64,000 nucleotides of DNA from a virus (taxonomy: Duplodnaviria; Caudoviricetes), in the IMG/VR virus record IMGVR_UViG_3300020434_000055. One strand, given 5' to 3'. Positions 20,042 to 29,938 of the stretch are shown one piece after another. Below the pieces are notes generated by a model, which had not been told where the DNA came from, searched no databases, and saw only the letters and a list, made by a program, of their open reading frames with translations. The position numbers and the translations under genes were made by a program. Numbering within the stretch: position 1 is the first letter of the stretch; each line of letters opens with the position of its first letter.

Positions 20042-21492
20042 GTTGCAGAATTATTATAAGTGATGAGGTAAACATAAAAATAGAAGGTTTACCTGTAGAC
20101 GTAAGAAGAAAAATAGCAAATACTTTAAAATGGGAAGTCCCATACGCAAGATATCTTCCACAATATAAATTAGGAAGATGGGATGGTAAAATTGGTTTCT
20201 TTGGTTTAGGGGGCAGTGGATATGTTAATCATATAGATAAAATTATCGATTTACTTCAAAAACAAGGAGTACAAGTAGACGAAATTGACGACAAAAGAAA
20301 GAAATATGATTTAAAATTTGCACCAATAGATAAAAATTATTTTGGAAATAAGACTTGGCCTAAAGGTCATATTTGTGAAGGACAAAAAATTGTACTTCGC
20401 GACTATCAAGTAGAGGTTGTTAATAATTTTATAAAAGTACCTCAATCACTTCAAGAAGTTGCCACTGGTGCAGGTAAAACAATTGTTACTGCTTGTTTAT
20501 CTAGTTTATGTGAAAGGCTTGGACGAACTGTAGTAATAGTACCTAACAAAAGTTTAGTTACACAAACTGAAGAAGATTATATTAATGTAGGTCTAGACGT
20601 AGGCGTATACTTTGGTGATCGTAAAGAATTAAACAAAACTCATACTATATGTACTTGGCAATCTTTAAATGTATTAGATAAAAAAGCAAAAGAAGGAACA
20701 TCAGTTCTTACACTTTCACAATTTTTAAGTGGTGTACAAACATTAATAATAGATGAAGTACATCAAGCAAAAGCGGATGTTTTAAAAAAATTATTGACAC
20801 ATCATTTAAAAAATTCTCCAGTAAGATGGGGATTAACAGGAACAATTCCAAAAGAACAATTTGAATTTCAAAGTTTATTAGTTGCTATAGGTCCTGTTAT
20901 TAATCAAATATCTGCAAAAGAATTACAGGATAAAGGCATACTTTCTAAATGTCATGTTAATGTAGTACAATTAATTGATACTGAAGTGCATAGAACATAT
21001 CAAGAAGAATTAAAATATTTGGTTACAACTCCTGGCAGATTAAAATATATAGCAAAACTTATAAGCAAAATTAAAGACACAGGGAATACACTTATATTAA
21101 TAGATAGATTAATTGCTGGAGAAAAATTATCAAAATTAATTCCTGATAGTGTTTTTATTAAAGGAGAAACAAAATTACAAGATAGAAAAGATCAATATGA
21201 TGAAATTTCTAGTGCAAACAATAAAGTAATAGTTGCAACATATGGCGTTGCATCTATTGGTATTAACATACCTAGAATATTTAATTTAGTATTAATAGAA
21301 GCAGGTAAATCATTTATAAGAGTTATACAATCAATTGGCAGAGGCATACGAAAGGCACAAGACAAAAATTTTGTACAAATATGGGATATAACATCATCTT
21401 GTAAGTTTGCTAAAAGACATCTTACACGAAGAAAGAAATTTTATAAAGAAGCAGAGTATCCTTTCACAGTAGAAAAAGTACAATGGAATTAG
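20038..21492 (+). CDS. uvsW: UvsW-like superfamily 2 helicase
   Basis: LRDYQ, ATGAGKT, IDEVH, GLTGT, GVASIGINIP, QSIGRGIR. Confidence 0.93.
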   Translation: MSCRIIISDEVNIKIEGLPVDVRRKIANTLKWEVPYARYLPQYKLGRWDGKIGFFGLGGSGYVNHIDKIIDLLQKQGVQVDEIDDKRKKYDLKFAPIDKNYFGNKTWPKGHICEGQKIVLRDYQVEVVNNFIKVPQSLQEVATGAGKTIVTACLSSLCERLGRTVVIVPNKSLVTQTEEDYINVGLDVGVYFGDRKELNKTHTICTWQSLNVLDKKAKEGTSVLTLSQFLSGVQTLIIDEVHQAKADVLKKLLTHHLKNSPVRWGLTGTIPKEQFEFQSLLVAIGPVINQISAKELQDKGILSKCHVNVVQLIDTEVHRTYQEELKYLVTTPGRLKYIAKLISKIKDTGNTLILIDRLIAGEKLSKLIPDSVFIKGETKLQDRKDQYDEISSANNKVIVATYGVASIGINIPRIFNLVLIEAGKSFIRVIQSIGRGIRKAQDKNFVQIWDITSSCKFAKRHLTRRKKFYKEAEYPFTVEKVQWN

Positions 21493-21502
21493 CACAGAAA
21501 GA

Positions 21503-21697
21503 ATGGAACTTTGTAATTATAAATGTACAGTAACAAAAGGTAAAAAGGAAGTAGTATGGCATTATAGTTTGCCATATAAAATGATAGAGGAAGAAGTTGA
21601 TCAACATTATAAAGAAGGTGCTGACGCAGTAGAATTAGAAATGATTACACAAAAAGAGTTTGATGATTTATTACCAAAGGAAAAAAATTTAAAATGA
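21503..21697 (+). CDS. Hypothetical protein
   Basis: Coupled ORF. Confidence 0.65.
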   Translation: MELCNYKCTVTKGKKEVVWHYSLPYKMIEEEVDQHYKEGADAVELEMITQKEFDDLLPKEKNLK

Positions 21698-22200
21698 GAA
21701 TATTAACATTAGAAAACGAAACGTTTTTATTAAACAAATTACCAGAACACGTCTCTGATGATATGTGTTTTTCTGTTTTAGATAATAGTAACCCTAAAGA
21801 ACCTGACTTCTTTTTTATTCCATTAATTTATATAGAAAGTTTTAGTAGTCCTGCTATTGTTTTAGATATAGGTGGTAATGAATTAATAATGCCTTTAGAT
21901 TGGAGTATAGGTGTAGGTGATAAAGAGGATAGTACTTCTGTAGAAGTAGTACCACTAACAAGTATAGCTGATCGAGGTTTTCAAACATTTTTATTCAATC
22001 CTTTAAATGGATTTAAAGCGGAATTTATGGATGTTAAAGTATTAAATTTCTATAATGATATTAAATGGTATTTCCCTAAAGTAAAAAATAATCAATTAAT
22101 ATCTACACCAATCACAGTAGGGAAAGAACCCTTATGTGCATTTTTTGTTAAAGATATATCAAGACAATGTGAAACTATTGAATATGGATTATTATTGTGA
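21694..22200 (+). CDS. Hypothetical protein, beta-rich
   Basis: Coupled ORF in the replication module. Confidence 0.75.
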   Translation: MRILTLENETFLLNKLPEHVSDDMCFSVLDNSNPKEPDFFFIPLIYIESFSSPAIVLDIGGNELIMPLDWSIGVGDKEDSTSVEVVPLTSIADRGFQTFLFNPLNGFKAEFMDVKVLNFYNDIKWYFPKVKNNQLISTPITVGKEPLCAFFVKDISRQCETIEYGLLL

Positions 22201-22463
22201 GGAAGAGAAAAAAAGTAAAAAAACATAAAGATAGTATTACAATTAAGGCACCTTTTTTAATGTTACCGTCAAATAAAGGAAGCAAAAAAGAACCAGTATG
22301 GCTAACACATGATTACTTACCACAACTTATAGAGTTAATTAAATCAAAAGATTTATCTTTGAAAGAAATACAAACATTACCAAAAGGTCAAATTAAAATT
22401 TCTTTTCATGATCCCAGACATACAACTTTATTTGGATTACATTATGACAAAAATAAACACTAA
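22197..22463 (+). CDS. Hypothetical protein
   Basis: GTGA-coupled ORF. Confidence 0.55.
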   Translation: MRKRKKVKKHKDSITIKAPFLMLPSNKGSKKEPVWLTHDYLPQLIELIKSKDLSLKEIQTLPKGQIKISFHDPRHTTLFGLHYDKNKH

Positions 22464-22737
22464 AAAAGAAATAGTAGCTGAAAAATTAGGAATAAAATAT
22501 ATTTACGAATCACCAGATGGTGGCGAAACTGTATATGCTCGTGAAGTAGGCAATTATACAGACGAAAGAGTTATGGTATCTAAAAGTTCGAAGGCGCATA
22601 TAGACGAAGAATTCAGAAGACGTCATCGTTACATTACACCAGAAGCAGTTAAATTATGTTGGAAACATAAAGGATTGCAAAAAGCCTGGGAAAAGTATAT
22701 AATGTTATTGGAGTTATATGGTCATTCAGAAGAATAA
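22444..22737 (+). CDS. Hypothetical protein
   Basis: YIYESPDGGETVYAR motif; start set at ATG 22444. Confidence 0.7.
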   Translation: MTKINTKKEIVAEKLGIKYIYESPDGGETVYAREVGNYTDERVMVSKSSKAHIDEEFRRRHRYITPEAVKLCWKHKGLQKAWEKYIMLLELYGHSEE

Positions 22738-23197
22738 ATTGCCGTTAAAGGATATTCTTGCGGCTATAGATATGAAAGCCAAAAATATTTGGGACGAGTT
22801 TTCTGATGTAGAACAAAAACAAATAGGTTTTTATATATTGAATAGGTATGCAAGTTCAGTAGTAGGCAAAAAAGAAGATAAAGAATTAGTCCTTTTAAAA
22901 ACAAATGAATATTATAATAAAAACTTTTTTGCTTTATCTAGACATAAAAAATTATTATGGTACTTACTTTGTATGACTGCAAGTAGTAAGAAAAAGATTA
23001 CATTTCATCCATGGATAGGATATAAACATAAAGATCATGGAAGTAAATCAAAAGTAGTTAAGTTTTTAAAAAATTTATATCCTACTAAAAAGGAAGATGA
23101 AATAGAATTATTGGCAAAAATAAATTCAATTAGTGACGTAAAAACATTAGCAATGGATTTTGGTATGTCAAAGGAAGATATTCGAAAAGTTTTATGA
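22718..23197 (+). CDS. Putative clamp-loader small subunit (gp62-like)
   Basis: YILNRYAS, LLWYLL, FHPWI pattern; size and context. Confidence 0.5.
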   Translation: MVIQKNKLPLKDILAAIDMKAKNIWDEFSDVEQKQIGFYILNRYASSVVGKKEDKELVLLKTNEYYNKNFFALSRHKKLLWYLLCMTASSKKKITFHPWIGYKHKDHGSKSKVVKFLKNLYPTKKEDEIELLAKINSISDVKTLAMDFGMSKEDIRKVL

Positions 23198-23877
23198 TAG
23201 ATAGATTACATTCATGCAAATATTGTAGTGCAAAATTTACTAAAGAAAAAACATTAGCAGTACATATGTGTGAACAAAAAAGAAGATTTTTACAAAAAGA
23301 TGAAAGAAGAGTGCAACTAGGTTATCAAACTTTTATTAGATTTTATCAACTATGTCAAAAAATGAAAAACATAAAAACATATGAAGAGTTTTGTAAAAGT
23401 CCTTACTATACAGCATTTGTTAAATTTGGTAGTTTTTTAAGTAATGTTAAACCTTTATATCCAGACAAGTATATTGATTATGTTGTTACTAGTGGAGTAA
23501 AACTTGATCATTGGTGTAGAGAAGAATTATATGACAAATATTCTACAAATTTAATTTTAAAAGAAAAAATGGAAACTGCTGTTGAACGTTCTATTAAAAC
23601 TATGATGGATTGGGGAGAAGAAAAAGAAGCACAATGGCAAGATTATTTTAGATATGCAAGTTTGAATAGAGCAACACAAGATATTAGAGATGGAAAAATA
23701 TCACCTTGGTTAGTATTAAATTGTAAAACAGGTAAAACTATGATGAATAACTTTAACGATGAACAACTAACAATAGTTAGTCATATAATGGATCCTAAAC
23801 ATTGGATCGTAAGATTTAAAAGACTTCCAGCAGATATTGAAATGGTTAAAGAAGTTTCAAAGAAAGCAAATTTATAA
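23194..23877 (+). CDS. Hypothetical protein with an N-terminal zinc finger
   Basis: CKYC...HMC motif. Confidence 0.7.
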   Translation: MIDRLHSCKYCSAKFTKEKTLAVHMCEQKRRFLQKDERRVQLGYQTFIRFYQLCQKMKNIKTYEEFCKSPYYTAFVKFGSFLSNVKPLYPDKYIDYVVTSGVKLDHWCREELYDKYSTNLILKEKMETAVERSIKTMMDWGEEKEAQWQDYFRYASLNRATQDIRDGKISPWLVLNCKTGKTMMNNFNDEQLTIVSHIMDPKHWIVRFKRLPADIEMVKEVSKKANL

Positions 23878-24005
23878 TGACAACAAATACTACTAAAACA
23901 TATGCCAAAGGAAGATATCGTATAAAACAATATTATACTGATCAGAATTTATGGAAAACAACAAAAACTCTTATTAAAAAGAAGAAACCTAAAAAGAAAA
24001 AATGA
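23877..24005 (+). CDS. 42-aa basic microprotein
   Basis: TAATG and ATGA coupled on both sides; ends KKKKPKKKK. Confidence 0.5.
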   Translation: MTTNTTKTYAKGRYRIKQYYTDQNLWKTTKTLIKKKKPKKKK

Positions 24006-24295
24006 AAAATATTAAAGTAAAAATTGAAGTATTTCGAAGCATGGATTTAGATTTCATGCAAGTTAAAGAATGGATTATTAGTTTATATCCTAATACTTTA
24101 ACAATAAAAGATAGAACTTGTGAATCTATTGCTGACGAATTGTTTATGGAAATACAAAAGAAATATCCAAAAAGAGATGTTCTAATAGAGGTTACTGATG
24201 AAAGTGATTGTGGTTCATCAGCATTATATCCTAAAGATCCAATTAATATTTTTAATCCAAATCAAAAAACCATAGTTATAAAATGCCAGATATAG
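24002..24295 (+). CDS. Degenerate QueD/PTPS-like (T-fold) protein
   Basis: KIEVF...DF...KEW...TCESIADELF...YP.R...IEV; resemblance from memory only. Confidence 0.4.
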   Translation: MKNIKVKIEVFRSMDLDFMQVKEWIISLYPNTLTIKDRTCESIADELFMEIQKKYPKRDVLIEVTDESDCGSSALYPKDPINIFNPNQKTIVIKCQI

Positions 24296-24861
24296 ATATA
24301 GACTTTGCAGATAGATCTATTTTATTAGATAAAGTTAAACACAGAATTGCTAAATTAGATTCTGGTAAGAAACATAATACTGGTGTATACTTTACAGAAG
24401 TACCACACGATCCAGTAAACAATTTATGTACACTTGATTATGAACAAGCAGAAAAAAGAGGATATTTTAAAATAGATTGTCTGAACGTTAGCATTTATAA
24501 AGATATTAAAGATGAAAAACATCTTAATAAATTAATGAATACAGAACCATTGTGGGAATTATTAGAAGCAAAAGAGTTTGTAGATCAAATTTTTCATATT
24601 AATGGACACGTAGAAATATTAAAAAAACTTAAACCTACAAACATAGAACAATTAGCGGCAGTTTTAGCAATTATACGACCAGCAAAAAGACATTTGATTA
24701 AACAAAATTGGGATGAAATAGATGAACAAGTATGGAAAAAACCTACAGACGGAAGTTACTTTTTTAAAAAATCTCACGCAACTTCATATGCAATGGCAGT
24801 AGTAGTGCATATGAATCTTATATGCGAACAATTAAAAGGAAATAATGACCAAAAGTCATAA
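24283..24861 (+). CDS. Minimal DNA polymerase III alpha (DnaE)-like protein
   Basis: PDIDIDF, KHNTGVY, GYFKIDCL, LAAVLAIIRP, FKKSHA.SYA in only 192 aa. Confidence 0.85.
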   Translation: MPDIDIDFADRSILLDKVKHRIAKLDSGKKHNTGVYFTEVPHDPVNNLCTLDYEQAEKRGYFKIDCLNVSIYKDIKDEKHLNKLMNTEPLWELLEAKEFVDQIFHINGHVEILKKLKPTNIEQLAAVLAIIRPAKRHLIKQNWDEIDEQVWKKPTDGSYFFKKSHATSYAMAVVVHMNLICEQLKGNNDQKS

Positions 24862-25135
24862 AAAAAGAAGTCTAGTTAAAACTCTTACATGGAGAATTTT
24901 GGCAACTACAGATACATTTTTAATAAGTTGGCTTATTACAGGTGCAATAACTTTAGCAGGTGCTATTGCAGGTATAGAAGTCGTAACTAAAATGGTTTTA
25001 TATTACCTACACGAAAGAGGATGGAATAAAATTAAATGGGCAAAAGAACCTGGACCTGAAGAACATACAACTATATTTCCTTATTTTGATTTTCCACATG
25101 AACTTCCAAGTTCAAAACATGATAAGAAAGATTAA
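24845..25135 (+). CDS. DUF2061-like membrane protein
   Basis: RSLVKTLTWR...YYLHERGWNKI. Confidence 0.8.
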   Translation: MTKSHKKRSLVKTLTWRILATTDTFLISWLITGAITLAGAIAGIEVVTKMVLYYLHERGWNKIKWAKEPGPEEHTTIFPYFDFPHELPSSKHDKKD

Positions 25136-25545
25136 TTTTCTTTTTCTTTTGCTTTTGCAATATGTCGTTCAATAAAATCTCTAGGTTTTCTAACTAATTG
25201 AACTGATCTTCTTTTTGTTCTTTTTACAGCAAGGTTGTTTAAATTAGTAATGTGCCCCATTTTTACTGTAACATCTTTAGTATTCATTATCATTAAAATT
25301 TCCCTATAGGATGACATTTCTTTTCTTAAAAATATACCAATAGGAATCATTCTATTAGACTCCCACCACCATGTTTTGCACAAAGCAACAAAGTCTGCTT
25401 TTTGTGTATCAGTTTTAAGGTCTTGATATATGTACATACTGGTGATTGCGTGGTCCTGATTGTTGATTACGCCGACATATTCTTTGCCGCCGTACTCTAC
25501 TACGCTGATGAATGGAAAGTCTTTCTTTATGTCCTCTTTAATCAT
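25132..25545 (-). CDS. Hypothetical protein
   Basis: FPFISVVEYGGKEYVG..., WWWESNRMIPI. Confidence 0.75.
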   Translation of the reverse strand: MIKEDIKKDFPFISVVEYGGKEYVGVINNQDHAITSMYIYQDLKTDTQKADFVALCKTWWWESNRMIPIGIFLRKEMSSYREILMIMNTKDVTVKMGHITNLNNLAVKRTKRRSVQLVRKPRDFIERHIAKAKEKEN

Positions 25546-25583
25546 TCTAATTTCTAATAAATACGTTATATTGATGGTGTATT

Positions 25584-26369
25584 ATGCAACTTATACGAAG
25601 ATATTTATTAAATAATAGAATAGTGCTTACTGCGAATTTGGCAGGAGAGGTAACGAGGTATAGATCCGTGTATCAAAGAAATGTAAATGTTTATAGAAAT
25701 ATCGACAATGTCCTTCAATTTGAAGTTAAAAATGCTGACGAAAAGGCTGTAAGTATCCTTAATACCTACACACCTAAGTTTAAAATGTGGGATGAAAACA
25801 GCACTCTTGTTGTTGAAAAAGATGGAACAGTTATAGAAACATCTACCCCTAACAAAGTAGGTCAATTTACTGTAAATGTAAGCGAAAATGATCTATTAAA
25901 TCTTAAATCACAATACCTACGTTATAGTATCTACTTGTATAATACAAGTACTACTGAAAACGTTTTAACTTATCCTAATACACATTTTGCAAGTCAAGGA
26001 ACAGTATTTCTTGATACAAAAGAATTCCCAGGACCAAAAGATTCACATTCAGTTGCAACGTTTGTTCAAGCACAAAATGACCCTGCTATATGGAATTCAT
26101 CTACTGTTAATGCAGAACCAACTATAAATGGAAATTCAGCTCTTCATACAGTAGCATACTATACTACAGATGCTGAAGGCACACTAACAGTTCAAGGTAC
26201 TTTAGACAATCAAGTTGGTGCTGGAACAAATTGGACAGATATAAATGTAACCAATTTAGTTGCCGCAGACACACTTCAATATGTAAATTTTAATGGCGTG
26301 TTTAGTCATCTAAGATTTAGCCATGAAATAACTGCTGGTACAATAGACAAAATATTAGTTCGAAATTAA
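25584..26369 (+). CDS. Beta-rich hypothetical protein, probably structural
   Basis: TAAATA at 25558-25563; Thr/Asn/Val-rich. Confidence 0.6.
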   Translation: MQLIRRYLLNNRIVLTANLAGEVTRYRSVYQRNVNVYRNIDNVLQFEVKNADEKAVSILNTYTPKFKMWDENSTLVVEKDGTVIETSTPNKVGQFTVNVSENDLLNLKSQYLRYSIYLYNTSTTENVLTYPNTHFASQGTVFLDTKEFPGPKDSHSVATFVQAQNDPAIWNSSTVNAEPTINGNSALHTVAYYTTDAEGTLTVQGTLDNQVGAGTNWTDINVTNLVAADTLQYVNFNGVFSHLRFSHEITAGTIDKILVRN

Positions 26370-26398
26370 TTGACTTTTCATTAAAATAGTTTTATAAT
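26370..26398 (+). promoter_or_regulatory. sigma70-type promoter of primase
   Basis: TTGACT-17-TATAAT. Confidence 0.75.
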
Positions 26399-26404
26399 AT
26401 ATGC

Positions 26405-27388
26405 ATGAATATCGTTTATGATGCATTATTAATTCACTTACCCCAAAAAAGAAAACAAACACCTAGCGGATGGCTATCTTTTAATGCTCCATGTTGTCAA
26501 CATATGGGAACGACAGCTGATACAAGACAACGAGGAGGCTTAATTGGTAGTGCAGATGAAGGTATAAGCTACCATTGTTTTAATTGTGGCTTTACAGCAA
26601 GTTGGAGAGTTGGTAGAAATTTATCATATAAAATGAAAAAGTTCATGAGATGGCTTAATATGCCAGATGAACAAATTACTAAATTGGCATTAGCAGTTTT
26701 ACAAATCAAAACAGATACAGTAGGATATCAAGCAATAACCCAATTACCAAAATTTAAGAACAAAGAACTTCCTGACGGAGCAAAACCATTACACGAATGG
26801 ACAGAGCAAGACAAATACTTTTATAAAGTTTTAGAATATGTGGACAAAAGAAGTTTAAAGTTAGTTGATTATGAGTTTTATTGGTCTAATAATAGTGGTT
26901 ACAGAGATAGATTAATCATTCCTTTTTATTATCAATCACGTATAGTAGGGTATACTGCTAGAAGAGTTACCCACACAGATAAAGTAAAATATCTATCTGA
27001 ACAACAGCCAGGATACGTTTTTAACATTGATGCCCAAGATGATGATAGAAAATATGTAATAGCAGTAGAAGGACCTATAGATGCAATTACTATAGATAGT
27101 GTTGCACTATTAGGAAGTGAAGTTAAAGATCAACAATCTGTATTATTAAACAGTTTAGGTAAGCACGTTATAGTAGTACCTGATAGAGATGACGCTGGAC
27201 AAAAGCTAGTTCAAGATGCTCTGAACTTGGGATGGAGCGTGAGTATGCCTGATTGGGATCATGATATTAAAGATATTTCTGACGCTGTTGGTAAATACGG
27301 TCGACTACATACGTTGTATGCAATTATAAAAAACGCACAGGACTCACAATTAAAGATAAAGTTAAGGATGAAAAAATGGTTTATATAA
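26405..27388 (+). CDS. 61: DNA primase (gp61-like)
   Basis: Zn ribbon (PCC...YHCFNC), IIPF, Toprim VEGPIDA and PDRDDAG. Confidence 0.9.
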   Translation: MNIVYDALLIHLPQKRKQTPSGWLSFNAPCCQHMGTTADTRQRGGLIGSADEGISYHCFNCGFTASWRVGRNLSYKMKKFMRWLNMPDEQITKLALAVLQIKTDTVGYQAITQLPKFKNKELPDGAKPLHEWTEQDKYFYKVLEYVDKRSLKLVDYEFYWSNNSGYRDRLIIPFYYQSRIVGYTARRVTHTDKVKYLSEQQPGYVFNIDAQDDDRKYVIAVEGPIDAITIDSVALLGSEVKDQQSVLLNSLGKHVIVVPDRDDAGQKLVQDALNLGWSVSMPDWDHDIKDISDAVGKYGRLHTLYAIIKNAQDSQLKIKLRMKKWFI

Positions 27389-27498
27389 GAAAGTTTTTTT
27401 TGTTCTTATTCTCTCCTATAACTAAATTTCTAGAACGCAGAAATCATAAGAAGAAGATTAAAGAACTACAAAAACGAGATCCTTTTATATACAAGTAG
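27376..27498 (+). CDS. 40-aa hypothetical protein
   Basis: MVYIRKFF...KELQKRDPFIYK; missed by the ORF track. Confidence 0.6.
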   Translation: MVYIRKFFLFLFSPITKFLERRNHKKKIKELQKRDPFIYK

Positions 27499-27502
27499 GA
27501 CA

Positions 27503-28531
27503 ATGATAATTTGGGGAATAACAGGTAACAGTCACGATGCCAGTCTAGCAGTAATGAAGTGGAGTCCTAATGGTTTAACAGATCATTATACACTTAAACT
27601 TCTTTGGGCAGGACTCTCTAGAGATTTTAGTGGTAAACCTGGAGATCCTACTTTAAGCAATAGGATGTTAGCTCATGTAAGATCAAATGCATTATGGGCC
27701 CACCCAGCAAAAATTATTTGGTATGAAAAACCATTTTTAAAAAGTTTACGACAACTATGGGCAGGTCAAGGATTCACATTTACAGAAAATAATATTAAAG
27801 AATTTTTACGAACAAAAGGAATATTTCAACCTGTTGAATATGCAAAACATCATCATAGTCATGCGGCATACGGATATTTTACTTCACCTTTTTCTGAAAA
27901 AAATGCCGCAATAGTTGTACTAGACAGTATAGGAGAGTTTCAAACATTTACTATTTGGCATGGCAAAGGGGATCATTTAAAACAAGTATACTCACAAAGT
28001 TATCCGCATAGTGTTGGATTATTTTATAGTGCTATGACACAACGAATAGGATTTAAAGCTAACGCAGAAGAACATAAAACAGAACGACTTGCTAAAAAAG
28101 GCAACTGGAGAGTTCACTATAGAAAATTTATGGAAGAAATAGTTTTATCAAAATTGCCTTTTAAATTAAGAGAAAATTTACATAGAGGAGCTAATTGGTG
28201 GAGACCTGAATTAAATTCAGAAGAAGATTTAGCCAACATAGCGGCAACTACTCAAAAGATTTTTGAACAAACATTAGTTTGTATTAGTAGCTGGTGTCAA
28301 ATGCATATTAAGGCGAGCAATATAGTTTTTGTAGGTGGGTGTGCATTAAACAAAAGTGCAATAAAACATTTGGAACACATATGGGATGATATTTGGATTC
28401 CACCAAATCCTGGAGATCCAGGCTCTTGTGTGGGTGCAGTTTTGACAAAATATCCACATCATGTTGACTTTAGTGCAGACTTATGGTATAATAAGAGACA
28501 TAAAAATGGACGACAAATCGAAACAAAATAA
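27503..28531 (+). CDS. Carbamoyltransferase, N-terminal Kae1-like domain only (NodU/CmcH family)
   Basis: SHDAS, HHHSHAAYGY, VLDSIGE, VGLFYS, GGCALN, PGD.G...GA. Confidence 0.85.
   Translation: MIIWGITGNSHDASLAVMKWSPNGLTDHYTLKLLWAGLSRDFSGKPGDPTLSNRMLAHVRSNALWAHPAKIIWYEKPFLKSLRQLWAGQGFTFTENNIKEFLRTKGIFQPVEYAKHHHSHAAYGYFTSPFSEKNAAIVVLDSIGEFQTFTIWHGKGDHLKQVYSQSYPHSVGLFYSAMTQRIGFKANAEEHKTERLAKKGNWRVHYRKFMEEIVLSKLPFKLRENLHRGANWWRPELNSEEDLANIAATTQKIFEQTLVCISSWCQMHIKASNIVFVGGCALNKSAIKHLEHIWDDIWIPPNPGDPGSCVGAVLTKYPHHVDFSADLWYNKRHKNGRQIETK
28464..28492 (+). promoter_or_regulatory. sigma70-type promoter of helicase
   Basis: TTGACT-17-TATAAT inside the end of the upstream gene. Confidence 0.7.
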
Positions 28532-29936
28532 AGACTACGGATATGATATACAAAAAGTATATCTAGAAATGATGCTAGGCAACGCAGAAACGTTTGTCAG
28601 ATGTCAATCAATATTTGATCATACTTTATTTGATAGAAAATTACAAAGTGCGGCGGATTTTCTTAACAAGTATGTTGTTGATCATAACGCTCTTCCTACA
28701 CCAGATATGGTTAATGCAAACTGTAAAACAACTTTAAAAGCAACCGAAGGTCTACGAGAAGAACATTATGATTGGTTACTAGAAGACTTTGAAACATTTA
28801 TTAGACACAAAAGTCTTGAACGAGCAATATTAAAATCTGCAGATATGTTAGAAAAAGGTGACTATGGTCCAGTAGAAGACTTGGTCAAGAAGGCAGTACG
28901 AATAGGATTACATAAAGATTTAGGAACAGATTATTTTGAAGATCCAAAAGCAAGATTAATGAAATTAAAAAATCAGGCTGGTCAAGTTAGTACAGGCTGG
29001 AGTACATTAGATAGAAAGTTATTTGGAGGATTTAATAGGGGAGAACTTAATATATTTGCTGGGGGTTCTGGTGCAGGTAAATCATTATTTCTTACAAATT
29101 TAGGTTGCAATTGGGCGTTAGCTGGATTAAATGTTTGCTTTCTTAGTTTTGAGTTAAGTGAAGAATTAATATCCATGAGAATAGATAGTATGCTTACTGA
29201 TATTCCAACAAAGAAAATTTTTAAAGAATTAGACGGCGTTGAAATGAAAGTAAAAATATTAGGTAAAAAAGCAGGAAAATTTCAAATCAAATATTTGCCA
29301 AGTGGTAAAAACACAAATGATATTAGATCATTTGTTAAAGAATATGAAATAAAATCACAAAATAAAATAGATGTGCTCATAATAGATTACCTTGATTTAA
29401 TGATGCCTATGTCCAAAAAGGTCTCTCCAAGTGACTTATTTGTTAAAGATAAGTTTGTATCAGAAGAATTAAGAAATTTAGCAATGGAATTACAGGTTAT
29501 ATTTGTTACAGCATCACAATTGAATAGAGGTGCAGTTGAAGAAATAGAATTTGATCATTCACATATAGCAGGTGGATTGAGTAAAATTCAAACTGCTGAT
29601 AATGTATTTGGTATATTCACTAGTAGAGCAATGAGAGAACGAGGTAGATATCAAATACAATTAATGAAAACTAGGTCATCAAGTGGGATTGGTAGTAAAA
29701 TAGATTTAGAATTTGATGTGGATTCTTTAAGAATAAGAGACCTTATTGAAGATGAAGAAGCCCAAAAATATGATAAACGAATAAGTCAAGTTTACAATAC
29801 ATTAAAGAAAACATCTGATGCACCAGCAGAATCGGTACCAGCTGATCCAAGTAAAGGTACTAGAGTAACTCAATCTAAAACAGAAACCGATTCAAGTAAA
29901 TTACGAGAATTCCTAACCGACATCAATAAAGAGTAA
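28506..29936 (+). CDS. 41: Replicative DNA helicase (gp41/DnaB-like)
   Basis: STGW..LD, GGSGAGKS, SFELSEE, IIDYLDL, TASQLNR, QLMKTR. Confidence 0.95.
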   Translation: MDDKSKQNKDYGYDIQKVYLEMMLGNAETFVRCQSIFDHTLFDRKLQSAADFLNKYVVDHNALPTPDMVNANCKTTLKATEGLREEHYDWLLEDFETFIRHKSLERAILKSADMLEKGDYGPVEDLVKKAVRIGLHKDLGTDYFEDPKARLMKLKNQAGQVSTGWSTLDRKLFGGFNRGELNIFAGGSGAGKSLFLTNLGCNWALAGLNVCFLSFELSEELISMRIDSMLTDIPTKKIFKELDGVEMKVKILGKKAGKFQIKYLPSGKNTNDIRSFVKEYEIKSQNKIDVLIIDYLDLMMPMSKKVSPSDLFVKDKFVSEELRNLAMELQVIFVTASQLNRGAVEEIEFDHSHIAGGLSKIQTADNVFGIFTSRAMRERGRYQIQLMKTRSSSGIGSKIDLEFDVDSLRIRDLIEDEEAQKYDKRISQVYNTLKKTSDAPAESVPADPSKGTRVTQSKTETDSSKLREFLTDINKE

Positions 29937-29938
29937 TA

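Noticed and set aside
388-29936. Inteins, group I introns or homing endonucleases in core genes
   Set aside because: Terminase, UvsX, UvsW, primase and helicase have ordinary lengths; no LAGLIDADG, HNH or GIY-YIG motif was seen
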